A DNA stretch of 64,000 bases from Piedraia hortae CBS 480.64. Taxonomy: Eukaryota. The notes under the pieces were generated by a model. The model was given only the letters and a program-made list of their open reading frames with translations, did not search any database and had not been told where the DNA came from. Shown in pieces: positions 44,401-55,419 of this stretch. The DNA lies in the NCBI GenBank assembly GCA_010093745.1, contig MU005970.1, positions 68,138 to 132,137 on the forward strand. Direction: 5' to 3'. Numbering within the stretch: the first letter of the stretch is position 1; each line of letters opens with the position of its first letter. Both the position numbers and the translations under genes were made by a program.

Positions 44401-45429
44401 TCGGCACAGGATGTACACCGACACCAGCGACCGACGGTCTGCTAGGGAGACGCCATGCTGCTTGGAATGGTACTCGGGCGAGTTGGGCATTGTAACTGGG
44501 CCCGATGCACCTCGTCCCGTCCACCGCTGCGTAGCTTGGGCGAGATCTGAGGCGAGTTCATTGTGCATTTCCGTTGCGTGGTCTGCCTTTCTCTTGCGCC
44601 AATAGACAACAGAGTCAATCAGTGATCGTGGCTTCAACCGGCTGATGTTCCCCAGCGCCCACAATAGCTGGTCGAAGGCCGGATCGGCGCCAGGTCCACA
44701 CACGCGCTCGATATGCGCCTTGGGATTCTGCTCCATCATGTACACAAAATGCTCAATGCGCCGGTCCGCCTCCGACACAAAGGAGCTAAACAGTTCCTGC
44801 AGCGCCGACTCTGCCACTGTCGAGGCGCCAGCCGCCACATGGCCGTGAACTGCTGTCGGCGCGTCATGGCTGCGCTTAACCTTGGTTGTCTGCGTTCGGT
44901 CCACCTTCTTTCGCCCGTCCAGTCCGCGCGTGACCGAGTTTCCATTTACAATCGAGCTGGGCAGGGTCGAGGCTGACGGACTCTTCTTAAGTATCGGCGT
45001 GCGGGGAACAGGATCGGTCTTGAGCGGGCTCAGCGGGCTCGACGATGCCGGGGACAGTAAACTGGGGTTTCGCGTGTGTGCGCCTTGTACTATGGATGTC
45101 TGACGGTGGTGCGCATATGATGGCCTGCGGTCGGACGGCCGTCTCTCCACTTCGCCGACTTTGGCGCGGTTCTTGGCCGCCGGAGTTGCCCTGCGCGACG
45201 GCGAAATGCGCGACGATGCGGCACTGGGCGCGCGACCCCGACTGGATGGTAGCTCGCACGTCATGGACGATATATCAACTCCTGATCCGTCGCTTGTCGG
45301 GCTCATCAAGGTGTGTCCCGTTGGGGACAGCGCTGCCTTGGCATCGGCTGGCGGCAGATGGGCTGCGCTGGTAAGCGGAGGATCGGCGGAGTCAGCGTCG
45401 GCATACCCATTTTCAGCCTGCAGAGTCAT
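38422..45429 (-). CDS. TAO3: Cell morphogenesis scaffold protein Tao3/Mor2/PAG1 (Furry homolog)
   Basis: 2335-aa intronless ORF with CGPGADPAFDQLL, YILCRVLIEI, LLCTGTAHV, DEIESHGLFFLCS, HNEIQALWQALATGP, WATSCAVRHVACRSFQVFR and PQLFWTTCACL. Confidence 0.93.
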   Translation of the reverse strand: MTLQAENGYADADSADPPLTSAAHLPPADAKAALSPTGHTLMSPTSDGSGVDISSMTCELPSSRGRAPSAASSRISPSRRATPAAKNRAKVGEVERRPSDRRPSYAHHRQTSIVQGAHTRNPSLLSPASSSPLSPLKTDPVPRTPILKKSPSASTLPSSIVNGNSVTRGLDGRKKVDRTQTTKVKRSHDAPTAVHGHVAAGASTVAESALQELFSSFVSEADRRIEHFVYMMEQNPKAHIERVCGPGADPAFDQLLWALGNISRLKPRSLIDSVVYWRKRKADHATEMHNELASDLAQATQRWTGRGASGPVTMPNSPEYHSKQHGVSLADRRSLVSVYILCRVLIEIISQTTLEALSGPDRSVSAAQRLEEVIYSQLELDPQMLFSSPIIHSNWIMRGQLLGALSALRFDGVTGRFIHDLRQAQKKLSVKNLADQRLTLQTSYLVKSMRWIKIRTQPEQAWDQSCVMLLQLARFFDEVHGRIMKYAYAELLEQLILPIAPLVTHEMMTPRWKEVCNTLQPKLTQMVSKTEHWPHVFPLHSTLFCVSTGENFAANWLPLINGLQPRLRDRSTRSHALKAICRVIWRYLFKQPDINAQVACRKLDEVIKLVFQTGRRSLVSTEPYIADPLIHLIRMIGYVHQELCFQSIIFPLMNSELFKGPEKDLKIEYLDPEKTVIAIRAFLAIIGDLEISKPPTFPVIFESDGLDPPSRAPAPHRRTRSQGFALSAGKTERLSQPIMVSKLNDITREKYDSFCKILGQLTIICDNTFGGQAVLDERLMTTTQTPKTPMAEAFSFNRRDDANASADGRQLYYNLLHVAVEALPRCLSPQLPISALVNLLCTGTAHVQPHIATTSAQSLKSIARQSHAQQVTIGFARFIFNFDDRYATVSDGSLLGPGHIESTLKLYVELLQIWINDIEQRIRKAKAEPAEGDDPTKHHLPLDLSSVWAHVDEIESHGLFFLCSPSRTVRAVAISVLRLVTKFDTALGKPTTRIINLLEQRSQQVIDVKNERLTLAERSILQKGIGKNSALVDLCSSDVSQDASLWYKIFPNFVKMCMVDCVHAVALTRGLVCQRLSHCHRTIEAIGLGQKMNQVPAETVVAQWRIHLIFACTTLTNVGGSHYIPPATPVNQHFRKSSKASTATQERIASATELFLRVVPFLEARHPSVRAAAVAGLGATNENLFPTLLDCLQPYVDKCNLDASERSAAHSGVVTSPRRSLQLDDLRTEITLLLSLTCSLLNQGKCSGDNKGLAFIADYTKQMNIYLNDMDLPNDISLQRLRKHFCMLVENFYNAIKIMNGPSRWMSFELRLAIFALMEPWCGFSPSPLQIHNSKNHVLGRPPSHERHVVSSAAEKNRIELQNVALSALAALCDGPMEDTTGPNKGMGFDLRRMLAWISAVFGSQSDGTHAIGRRALQNLIVNNLDQQILMTETMRMCYLARAPKALASYFEVVTTILTENTNTATPFWKILCVGLYTLGNETRDIRIKSNRLLRVLEERQERSSRLQDLDISVSDMTTAVYKSAQFEISCRLAKQHPELAFYVFSEFSAYFKELLPDHQRNMVSGMLPWIQTVELQLDPRGWATPLSHMLLANLFEITVKISINLHNEIQALWQALATGPYAGNVQVVLDFIFRLCLDKKEHKFVNYAKQIVVFLSKVPAGSRVIEYLLLQISPDTMVADNPPFPTPDTTGLPYVADLTTVIASGPRQHNLSLGQLCMSLLVDLVVSPVQLPAANVPTLLQMVLVQWDQHISIVQEQARELLVHLIHELVISKIEPGSTVPDKALIEDFIECVRRHDPKIMWSYNESEIQKPEKQGKVVSPAMIYVVEQVLKIFTIAYPSIREDWANVTMTWATSCAVRHVACRSFQVFRCIQTNLDQKKLEEMLARLSNTIADQEHPDFLVFSQEILTTLRSIIDGLSRMDVLRYPQLFWTTCACLGTTLEDEYLEALDMANVLTSKLDLGDPAVVKIVWESQPHRWDGKFKGIHELLYKGIRSSRTMTKSLAIMQRLIKLPSGEIVGGDERLLFTLLANLPRCLEQFEDAEPACLESVMALTEAAESQLLTDLSSCLESYAAHQYRTSTDFLIQILLATKNSFFPTYELRSLIFLLGIVNNQDDSIKTQTLKILQHLLPDTEILRPEFLTQGSDLISPLLRLLTTKHCPQVLDLLNAIIQKTSPSVQQQETRHLRLSLEGAYARKSMYGIPQESGWSVPNPGKLSSQTRANVHSVFWTLRQPCQEEEEAAAVAAVHTLPPHTPEVVPDTTMGELAIKVETLDEFFESTDEDEEEEEEFVFPGTMGMQFASFPPPTAGRGRGRGQEGMKRTIANVLSKLSLNQ

Positions 45430-45565
45430 TGCCTGAAACTGCCACCGTTGCTGCTGCTATCGCCGTTGTCCGTCAGCCTGCGGATGTCTTGCGGTAGCAG
45501 CCGCTGTCTGCGGGCCGTCCCGCCGTCATTTATGTGCTCGAACCAGTTTGACGACATTCAACATC

Positions 45566-45978
45566 ATGGCCACTGTGCTAACCGTCGGTATCGGCATTGC
45601 TGCCGCTGCGTTTTTTGTAAGGCTACAGTCTCATTGTCAAAGCCTGACTGACATCTTCAGGGCCGCGCAGGCCTCGTTGCGCTTCAACGACATCGAGGAT
45701 CGAGTTCGAAGATGCTCGGAAAGGCATTCTACAAAGGCGGATTTGAGCCTGTCATGAACAGGCGGGAAGCTGCACTCATACTGGAAACGCCGTATGTGCG
45801 CTCTATACAGACAAGCAGTCAACTCTGACGAGGTCGCAGGGAGCGAGGCCTCACCAAAGAGATGGTTCGGAAAAGATACAAACAGCTAATGGTGCTGAAC
45901 CATCCAGATCGGGGAGGGAGCCCGCACATTACAGCCAAAATTTCGGAAGCCAAAGAGCTTCTCGAGAAGGGGATGTAG
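45566..45978 (+). CDS. PAM18: Mitochondrial import motor J-protein Pam18/Tim14, two introns
   Basis: MATVLTVGIGIAAAAFF|GRAGLVALQR...FYKGGFEPVMNRREAALIL...|...LMVLNHPDRGGSPHITAKISEAKELLEKGM*. Confidence 0.95.
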
Positions 45979-46544
45979 GATCGAGGAGGATGTGGTGGAC
46001 GTATTACGAAATGCCGCTCTGTAAAAAAAGTGTATAGTAGCAATCGGACAGATCTTTGAGATCATTAGGCCAGGCTCGATCTGATGTCCTCCGCGGTCAT
46101 TGATGGCTTTGGCGAATCCAAATCTTTAGCGATCCAGTCGGGGAATTTGGGTCGTCAGGCTCGGCTTCCATTTGGCCAACCCCGCAGCCATGGAAATTCT
46201 AGAACCACGTGAGACGCGCAGCCCCGACCTGGTAACGCCGATGGAGGCGGACAAATCACTTGCGAGCAAAAGGAAAAACCTGCAGGGTCGCACGGAGGCG
46301 CCGAGGGATACCACATGCGGTCGTGCACTGTCCGCCGTGTAGTTTATGCTTTGTGGGGATGGACCCGCCCGCCACCAGTTGACAGGCCTCCCCGCAATCT
46401 GGGGTAGGAGTATGCGCGTGATTTGTGCGCGCGAACCGTAGGCGAGGCTGCATACATAATGCATGCCTCTCCGCCTCCTCCCTTCATCTCGCATCCCTTC
46501 GCTTACCCTTTTCTCTTCCACCCAACCTCACTTTTCCCGCCATC

Positions 46545-48473
46545 ATGTCGGGAAAACCAGAACTTAGCCGGGCGCACATCGAGTCTGACGATGAGAAGGC
46601 CTTTGTCGACGAGGCGCTCGAGGAGAGGGCGCACTCGATCAACAATAACAATTCTGCCAAGATCAAGAACCCCCTTGCTGGCATTCCGCGCCATGCGCTG
46701 CTCCAGGATGTTGACCGGTTCGCAGCAGACAACAATCTGAACGACATTGCGCATCTGTTGCGCCGGGGAGCTCTCGTTGCGCAGAGCCCAGGCGACTTTG
46801 AGTCGGTCGAGGGCCTTGAGGAAGATGAAAGGCAGGCACTGCGCGATGAAGTCGACCACAAATGGCGACAGCCCAAGGCACTCTACTTCACCGTCATCCT
46901 CTGCAGTATCGGCGCTGCCGTCCAGGGTTGGGATCAGACTGGATCCAACGGCGCAAATCTTTCGTTCCCCGTCGAGTTCGGCATCCCGGATGACCCAAAG
47001 AACCCCATGTACAAGCCGGCGAACCTGTGGCTCGTGGGTCTTGTCAACGCTGCTCCATACATCGCTTCTGCCTTCTTGGGCTGCTGGCTGTCTGATCCTC
47101 TCAACAACTACCTCGGACGTCGCGGCACAATCTTCTTCTCGGCTGTCTTCTGCTTCCTCTCCGTCATCGGTTCTGGTTTCACGCACTCCTGGCAACAGCT
47201 GTTTGTCTGTCGTCTTCTGCTCGGCATTGGTATGGGATCCAAGGCGTCGACGGTGCCAATCTACGCTGCTGAGAATGTGCCGGCTTTGATTCGCGGTGGC
47301 CTGGTCATGTCATGGCAGATGTGGACGGCGTTTGGCATCTTCCTCGGATTCTGCGCAAACTTGGCTGTGTACAACGTCGGTCGCCTTGCCTGGCGATTGC
47401 AGTTGGGCTCTGCCTTTATTCCCGCCGTGCCTCTACTCGTCGGCATTTACTTTTGCCCCGAATCTCCTCGATGGCTGATCAAGAAGCAACGCTATGCTGA
47501 GGCCTACAAGTCCCTTCTGCGCCTGCGCAACCACAAGCTGCAGGCGGCGCGTGACCTTTACTATGTCACGGCTCAGGTCGAGGTTGAGCGTAAGATTATC
47601 GGCGATAGTAGCTACTTGAAGCGCTTCATCGAGCTGTTCACCATCCCTCGGGTGCGCCGCGCAACTCTGGCCTCGTTCACCGTCATGATTGCGCAGCAAA
47701 TGTGCGGCATTAACATTGTTGCCTTTTACTCTTCTTCCGTCTTCAGCCAGGCCGGAGCCTCGCATTTGACTGCCCTTCTTGCCTCCTTTGGCTTTGGACT
47801 CGTCAACTTTGTCTTCGCCTTTCCCGCCGTCTGGACCATCGATACCTTTGGCCGTCGCTCGCTGCTCCTCTTCACCTTCCCTCAGATGGCCTGGACTTTG
47901 CTTGCCGCCGGCTTCTGCTTTTACATCCCTGAAAGCAGCAAGGCCCATCTCGGCTGTATCGCCTTCTTCGTCTTCCTGTTTGCCGCCTTTTACAGCCCTG
48001 GTGAAGGTCCTGTGCCGTTCACCTACTCTGCAGAGGTCTTTCCCCTGTCCCATCGTGAGGTCGGCATGGCCTGGGCCGTAGCCACTTGTCTCTTCTGGGC
48101 GTCGGTCCTCTCCCTGACCTGGCCGCGCATGGTGGCTGTCATGACTCCCACGGGAGCCTTTGGCTTCTACGCCGCGCTGAACATGACTGCCTTTGTCATG
48201 ATCTTCTTCTGGTACGTGTTGGCTGTTATGATGATGATGATTGATGTGTGCTAATGATCTTGTAGGGTCCCTGAGACGAAGCAGCGCACGCTGGAGGAGC
48301 TGGACTATGTGTTTGGCGTCCCGACGAGGAAGCATATGACCTACCAGCTCAGGAACGCAGCGCCTTTCTTTGTTAACCGCTATATCAAGCGGAACAAGAA
48401 CGCGCGGCTGCCGCCTCTATATACCTTTGATGATCCGCTGGGGAATGCCACGAGGAAGGGCAGTGTTGGTTGA
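46545..48473 (+). CDS. MFS sugar porter (polyol/myo-inositol transporter-like), one intron
   Basis: [59 protein letters not shown] and [14 protein letters not shown]. Intron at 48212-48265. Confidence 0.95.
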
Positions 48474-48785
48474 TTGATTCTAATACCCTTGTTATATGCT
48501 TGTGGAGTTTTTGGTTCATGAAATTCTTATGATGGGCTGTGAAGTGTCTTACGATGCCGAGGAGCTGTGGTTGCCAATCAATCCATAGGGTTCACCGTTT
48601 CTTCGAGCGGTTAGATAATTGAATGATCTAACTTAGAGTGCCCATTCGATCCTCTTTAGGTGATATCAAATGTTCTAGTTGTGCCGTGGAAGTGTCCCGT
48701 ATACTGGGCTGTTTGGTATAACCTCTCCTCCTTGAACACTCCCTCAACCAGCAACGCAGCTCTAAGCAAAACTCCATACCCTCTC

Positions 48786-50999
48786 TCACCCCCTCCCCTT
48801 CTTCCTAACTCTCAATGCACTCAATGGTCCCCCCCGTCCAGTCTCCACCACCAAAAACCTCACAAAATCCCTATTCGCCCAATACGCCCCATGCGCACTC
48901 AACACACTAAACACCCCTCCTCCCTCTCTCAAAAAGTAATCAACCTGTCCATTCTCATTGAGGAGAAAGAATCTCTTCTCTGCAGTCGCCTCTCGTGAGA
49001 AATCGTGCGTCTCAAGTTCAACATTCCTCTCACTTGGAGTCACTCCGACAGTTTCAATTTTATGATCAACGGGACCATACCCATCACCCCTCCTGCCAAA
49101 CCAACCCCCCTCCTCCGCAGCCGGAATGACCGCAGGTCTGATCATCCCCGCGTATGCAGCATCAACAGCCGCATTAACCCGATACGCGATCGGATCGTTC
49201 CCATTCACAATGTTATACACGTTCCAACACGCAAGGGTTCCATACTCCCCCGAGGTGCCGTATATTCCATCCTGCTGAGGCGATGCCGAGGCCGAAGGTG
49301 GAGTCGAAACCGAAGCCGAAGTCTCCGCGGAGCGGCTCTCCCTCCCCTTCTCCTGGCGAGGCGCAGCCAAGTCTCCCTCCTCCCTCCCATTCCACCTCGG
49401 CCTCAACACCGCCCTATTAAGCAGTAAAAAAAACCCAACCGGCGACCCCACCAAAAACAAATTGTGAGTCCTAAACCCCAAATCCCACTTCCCCGACAAG
49501 ATCTCCAAGGCCATCACACTCCCCAACGAGTGCCCAAGGAGATGCACCCTCCCCTTCTCCTCAAACCCCATATTATTCCCACACCACAGTCTATACACCC
49601 TCCTCACCTCACCCACAACTGCGGCGAGCATCTTCTCCTTATGATGCGACATATAGTACGGCACATCGAGCATAACATCGCTTACGAGATTCCTCACCCA
49701 CGGCATACCCTCGGGGGTTATTTCCTCGAGGGTGAATGGGGTTGTAGACTCGACTTCGTCGGGGAGGGACAGGCGCCAGTTTATGGGTAGGGTTGTTATT
49801 CCGCCCATTCCCTTGCGGAAATGGGTTTGGGTAGAAGGGAGGGATGCTTCGCGCTGAATTGAGCGACGGAAGGAGTCGACCGCGTGCGTGAAGTTGAAGG
49901 AGGAGACGCGTTTGCTTAGTTTCTGGCCAATGCCGTGGATTACGAGGATTAGGTCTGTGGTTGGTAAGGGGGTGGGTGGGGTGGGAGGATTGTATATTTT
50001 GGTGTATGTGGATTGGGAGAATCCTCGCATGACGGCGATGCCGAGTTTGTAGCCTTTCCTTATGTAGTTGGCTAGGGGCCTGCGGCCGTAGTAGGCCGAG
50101 GGCATGAGACTGGGTTTGAGGAGCCGCGCAGAGGAGGGGGAGGAGTAAATTACGCCCCAGGTGGGATAGGTGTTTTCTGGACCTGGGAGGGTGCCGGTGG
50201 CTTTGTTATCAACCTCGTTGTCGGAGGTGAAATCGATGAACTCGCAGGCGGATTGTACCGCTCGCTCGCGGGTCTGTTCTTCGGTTTCGGTCTCGGTAGA
50301 TGCTTCCCGTTTGGGGACACTGTCAGGCCAGAGTTTGTGCGTGATTTTCATCTCGCCTGAGGCGCCTGCTTCGACGGCTGAGTCAAGCTCGTCTTTCCAT
50401 GTTTGGGTCCATGCTTGGTGGTCCATGTAGCCTGCTTCGAGCATGTTCGCGACGCGGGGTTCGACCGGGAGGAGGGTGTCTTCGTAGAACCATGTTGCGC
50501 GGATGACGGGTGCTGGGGGAGTTACGGCTGTCCAGTAGATGGGCTGCATTAGGAGACTGGGTAGGTGGACTTGGTGGAGGCGTGAAACGCCCACTGGGAG
50601 TTTGGCTTCCGGTGGAGTTTCTTCTTCGATGGGCTCGGGGTTGACGTTGCGAGGGGACTCCTTCGGTGGCTGCCATATGCGCTTAGCGGACGGGGCGCGC
50701 ACGAAGGGGGTTCCGGTTGTGGCGGATAGGTCGGTAACTTCTATGGCGGAGACGGGTTCAATTACTTCAGAGGAGGAAGGGGGGGGCGTAGTGATGGATG
50801 GCTTCTTCGATCTTCGTAGCTGGTGCCATGCTTCCTCTAAAAGTGCGTTGTCACTTGCGGAAAAGGGTGTTAATTTTCTTCCCGCCGATGGCGGAGAGGG
50901 TTCCGCAAGAGGATCATCTATGGCAATGGGACTGGCATGGAAATATCGGACTTGGACAGGCGGTGGCGTCTCTGGGGTTTGGCGCGCATATTCGGCCAT
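48786..50999 (-). CDS. DDHD-domain phospholipase A1-like protein
   Basis: VIRATWFY, DLILVIHGIGQK, LPINWR, DVMLDVPYY, GHSLGS lipase motif, LFLVGSPVG, YNIVNGNDPIAYR and SAHGAYW. Probable start MAEYARQ at 50999. Confidence 0.92.
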   Translation of the reverse strand: MAEYARQTPETPPPVQVRYFHASPIAIDDPLAEPSPPSAGRKLTPFSASDNALLEEAWHQLRRSKKPSITTPPPSSSEVIEPVSAIEVTDLSATTGTPFVRAPSAKRIWQPPKESPRNVNPEPIEEETPPEAKLPVGVSRLHQVHLPSLLMQPIYWTAVTPPAPVIRATWFYEDTLLPVEPRVANMLEAGYMDHQAWTQTWKDELDSAVEAGASGEMKITHKLWPDSVPKREASTETETEEQTRERAVQSACEFIDFTSDNEVDNKATGTLPGPENTYPTWGVIYSSPSSARLLKPSLMPSAYYGRRPLANYIRKGYKLGIAVMRGFSQSTYTKIYNPPTPPTPLPTTDLILVIHGIGQKLSKRVSSFNFTHAVDSFRRSIQREASLPSTQTHFRKGMGGITTLPINWRLSLPDEVESTTPFTLEEITPEGMPWVRNLVSDVMLDVPYYMSHHKEKMLAAVVGEVRRVYRLWCGNNMGFEEKGRVHLLGHSLGSVMALEILSGKWDLGFRTHNLFLVGSPVGFFLLLNRAVLRPRWNGREEGDLAAPRQEKGRESRSAETSASVSTPPSASASPQQDGIYGTSGEYGTLACWNVYNIVNGNDPIAYRVNAAVDAAYAGMIRPAVIPAAEEGGWFGRRGDGYGPVDHKIETVGVTPSERNVELETHDFSREATAEKRFFLLNENGQVDYFLREGGGVFSVLSAHGAYWANRDFVRFLVVETGRGGPLSALRVRKKGRG

Positions 51000-51195
51000 T
51001 AGAACGTTAGTGAGACATAGCAAGACATTGGGTGACAGTGGGGTAGAGTTTGTGTTTGGCCAATCAGAGCGCAGGGACTTGATGTGACTGAAAATTAGAC
51101 AGCAATCAATAATCATTGACAGCATCATCAACTTCTGACATGGCTAACGGCAATTATTAAACTATTGACGTAATTGAATCATCGCACTATGGACA

Positions 51196-54179
51196 TCACT
51201 CCACCCTCCCACCAACAATCCCCCTCCCAAACCACTCACTAACCGTCCCAAACCGATCCTTACTTCTCTGCAAATCATCCTCAAACAGATCATGTCTACT
51301 TGCGCTTTCCTCTTGAGCCTTCTTCACCTGCCGCACAATAGCATTCTTAGGTGCACAAATCGGACACTCGATCTCATCCACATCCCGTTCATCCGCAACA
51401 TTAAGACACCGCTGATGATAGCTATGTTTGCATAGAAAGTGCACCGTAGGCAGATCAAGCGTCATGCCGCAGGTTGAACAGCGGGTTGAGCTAAACGACA
51501 CTGGCGTGGTCGAAAGCTCTTCAATCTCGCCCAGTTTGGTCGTCGTATCTTTACGATAGGAATCAACAAGCCGACGGTTGGCCGCAATCTCATCCTGCTC
51601 GCGCTGCACAACAGTGCTGAGGTAGCGTTTTACCAGCCCCATGGTTGCCACCGGCGTTACACTGAGCGTCTGAATAACCTGCAGGGGCGCCATGAGGCCA
51701 TCCTCGTCAATTTTCGTCAGCACCTTCTCAACCTCGTCGCCCGCTTCTTTTAAGATATCAGGCGAGCTGGTAAAGTACGCGAGCGCCGCGGCATAGAGCT
51801 GTGGCTCTTCAGAGCCGTACTTGTGCAGCGCTTTGATAGCCCCCTTCGTATCCCTCGCAGCGGTATAAGAGCGGAAGACATCGTACTTGAGTCCGCGCCT
51901 TTCACTAACGAGAATGGTCCCCTCCCTGAACTTCTCCAGATCTGACAAAAGCAGCACGCTGGAAGTGTCAATGGGAACATCATTCTCCGCGATGAGCTGC
52001 TTCGCTTTGCGTTCCCACTCCGTCTTCTCTTCCGCTTTAGTCTCACCCGCCTTGTGCAGGTACATCTCAAACAACGTAGTGCGCAGCTCGGCCTTCTCAC
52101 CTACATGGTCGCTGCTGATCAGCGCTTCTAGGAATTCAATAAACTCATCTGCATGGTCGATGAAAGAAGCAAAGGCCAACCTCGGCTTTGGGACATTGTA
52201 CTCGACAAACTCCTCCGAAACTGTCTCGACGACCTGAGTCGTTTGCTGCTCGCTCACAGGCGTAGCTGCCACTGCCATGCCTGGTAGTGGGATGAACGAG
52301 ACCAGGTTCTGCACTGCTGACTTCGCTGCTGTACCGAAACCCTTGCTCGCTCCATTGGCATCTGCAGTCTCAGCCGACGTCTCTTGCATGATTATGGCAT
52401 CCTTTTTCGGACGGTATTGGCCGGTAAAGTGGTCAATGTACAGTCGTGTAGTCTCTGCTGGACGGTGCTCAAGCAGGACCGTGCCGAACTTCATGAGACT
52501 TTGAAATGCGTCGGCGGGGTCCAGACGCATGATATATGCAACAGCTTCGGCATACCATTTCAAGTCTTCGACCATTATGTCCACTACCAAGCCATGCTCC
52601 TCGTGCCGTCGCGCGAGGAACGCTGCTTGCTCGTAATAGCCCCCTTGTCTGCACATCGTTATAGCCGTGTCGAGATCAAACTTGAGCTCTCCAGGCTGGT
52701 GGATAAACTCCTCCAACTTGGTGGAGTCTTTTAATTTGGCATAGCAGTTGAGTAGGAGCGTTGTGTGGTCAGAGCTAGCCTTGCCCTCCTCGTGGAGAGC
52801 CTCGAGATAATCAACCAAGTTGCCGAGATGTTGGTTATCGAGGTACTTGCGGATAATCTGTGACGGCTCGGTATTGTCAATGGCGCGGAGATACTGCTGC
52901 ATAGCCGTATCGTAGTCTCCTTTTTGGTAAAGATAGTCACCATACCGACGGAATATGGCGCTCTGCTGCGACGCATCCACCTGATACTTCTGTGCGAGGC
53001 TGATGGCCAAGACAAACAGATTGCGATGTGAGAGAATGTCCATCTTCTGCTTGAACAGCTTCTCGTGGTGTCTGAGAAGCTTACCATCCACAGTCAAAAC
53101 GAAGATATCCCCCCACATGCTGAAGATGGTATTGACCTCACTCGACAGAGTCTCTGAGTGGGCCACAAATTTGAGGTCCGTGTTGAGGATGGTAAAAGTC
53201 GTACTGTTTAGGATCGTCTCTGCCTGCGTACCACCAAAAGCACGCAGAGCAGCCGACGCCATGTTATTCGATTTTGGCGGAGACGCGACGAGGACATAGT
53301 CCTTGTGAACGCCGACCAACTTCTTCGCTCCTTCGTAAGCGTATGATGCTACCTTTCCACGCAAGCTGTAACTGTAAATGGCATCCTCACGCGCAACAAC
53401 AATATCATTAGACTGCGGCTCGAGCGTCATACACCCGATGGCACAGCCGTGGTTATCCAGAGTACGGGCTGGAGCGCCCTGTTTGTTCCCAGCAACGACC
53501 AAAGCACGTATATGCGCCGTTGTTGCAATGTACAATGCTGTCGTGCTTGCCTCACGGAACTCCAGGCCCGTTATAGGCTCCTCGGACTCGAAAACCGTCC
53601 GCTGCTTCGTCCCACGGTCGTGGATGAAGTCTCCACGTACAACCGTTACCGCACCGTTCCCGAACCCAATCGCCATCTCTGTGATATCACTCGTAACCGC
53701 AAAACTGGTGACAGGGAAGCTCTTACGCCCATTCTGGACGGTGATTGTGCAGAGGCATTTTGGCAGTTTTGATTTTTTTTCTGTCGTCTTCAAGTCCCAA
53801 ACTTTGAGTTCTGGTTCGTGCAGCAGATCCTCTGCAAGGGTGACGAGGTAGGGGGTATCGGTGATTTGTTTGGCATGCGTGAGGTTCGCATCGTGTGCTT
53901 TCCATGTTCTTGACAGCTGAAAATTCTGATCCAATAGTTGAACCGTCCCATCGGGAGATCCAGTGATAATTTCATTCTCTCCAGGCACCACACAGCTTAC
54001 ATTGGATTGCTTTGCTTGTCAGCTATATAACGAAAGAATCAACTCGACTGTCTACCTCCAACGAGACTTCAGATGGAAGCTTTATTTGGGAAACATCGAA
54101 GAAGCGAAATGCTTTCCACTGCCTCTGTTAGTCCTGATAATCCATCATTAATTTCGATCGATACCGATGTCAGCGCCAT
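51196..54179 (-). CDS. VPS11: Vacuolar protein sorting protein 11 (HOPS/CORVET subunit)
   Basis: Spliced start MALTS|WKAFRFFDV, GDFIHDRGTKQR, YGDYLYQKGDYDTAMQQY, HTTLLLNCYAKLKD, and a C-terminal RING CSTC..LDLPTVHFLCKHSYHQRCL...ECPIC. Confidence 0.95.
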
Positions 54180-54232
54180 TCTACCGCCCCATTCGTTTGA
54201 CGATGTCTGGTGGTAGCTGTCACCGGGACGTG

Positions 54233-54270
54233 CCGTTCCGCAACGAAACGGAACGGAACGGAACGGAACG
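54233..54270. repeat. (AACGG)n microsatellite with a short inverted copy, in the VPS11/SmF divergent promoter
   Basis: AACGG repeated about 5 times at 54247-54270, with CCGTTCCG at 54233-54240. Confidence 0.8.
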
Positions 54271-54331
54271 CGCCGCCAAACGTCAACCTCACCTTTGAAG
54301 GCAGAACTTTTGCTCAGTTTTTACAAAAGCC

Positions 54332-54659
54332 ATGGCGGTGTGTGTTTTCGCACCGCTTTAAATTCTCAATACTGACATATATTCAGTTCGTCCCCCTCAA
54401 TCCGCGACCGATGCTTCAAGGCCTCATCAACGAACCAATTATTGTGCGCCTGAAATGGGGCGAGACCGAGTACACCGGCAAACTGGTATCTGTCGACAGT
54501 TACATGAACCTACAAATGAGCGGTACTGAAGAGTGGATTAACGGCAAGAAAAACGGCACACTCGGTCAAGTCCTCATCCGATGCAACAACGTTCTATGGA
54601 TTTCTGGCGGCACAAAAGAAGACAACGACGCGGGGGGAGATACGGCGATGACGGGGTAG
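54332..54659 (+). CDS. SMX3: snRNP core protein SmF
   Basis: MA|FVPLNPRPMLQGLINEPIIVRLKWGETEYTGKLVSVDSYMNLQMSGTEEWING...LGQVLIRCNNVLWI. Intron at ~54338-54386. Confidence 0.93.
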
Positions 54660-54778
54660 CCTGCTTTTCCTTTCTTCGGTTTGTAAAATACAGCGCCGGC
54701 GTTAATAAACATCACGGGAAACGATGGGGAACAGTGGTTTTGAAAACGAGTCAATACATCAGCAACTAATGTCCACAT

Positions 54779-55419
54779 TCAAGCCTGACAACCACTAGTT
54801 CCAGACGTCCAACCAACAAGTGGGTTCGCGATATCAGAACTGTAACAGTAAGTAGCCGCGCCAGCAGTGGAGGTGAGATCGCCTCCTGTGGGGATACTCC
54901 CGCTATTATAGATCTTCGCGGCTTTGTAAAACCGACTGACATCTACATGTGCAGCTTGAGAGATGCCTCCGTGGAGGGCGTACGTCGACGAACTCGCCGT
55001 TCCCTGCATCCCTTCAGTTATCATCCCCTGAATCTCCTCAGCGGGACACGGAGTCGTTACCTGAGCGCCAGAGTTGCAGCTGTGGCTGCCCTCGTGACTC
55101 TGCATTAACCCAGAGTTACTAACCGAATATGAAGTCGTCGGTACACGTACGCATCCGCCAGATTCTTGAATAACGATAGCGAGGACGAACCAGGCATCGA
55201 CCCCGGATGATGCTGCGGAAGCGAGGATTGCTGCCAGCATTTCTGCGAGTTATGAGTGGAGTTATTCGCCACGTTAAAGCTGCTGCAGGATGTTGTCAGT
55301 TGGTCGAGGTTCATGTTCCATGCTTCGCTGAAGCTGCTAATCCACCTGCTTTGTGTGGGCCAGCCCTGCACTGCCGTCCCGTCGCCTTTGTAGGAGGATC
55401 GCGAAGCTGAGAGATGCAA
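54779..55419 (-). pseudogene. Lysozyme-like/SLT-fold (muramidase-like) fungal protein, frameshifted
   Basis: YKGDG...GWP...W.SSF...SC...NNS in one frame, then GVDAWFVLAIVIQESGGCVRVPTT...NSGLMQSH...IYNSGS...CYSSDIAN in another. The shift and a TAA are near 55250. Confidence 0.75.

Noticed and set aside
47433..48335. Long antisense ORF over the MFS transporter, and similar ORFs over MLH1, TAO3 and VPS11
   Set aside because: These are shadow ORFs caused by codon bias on the coding strand.
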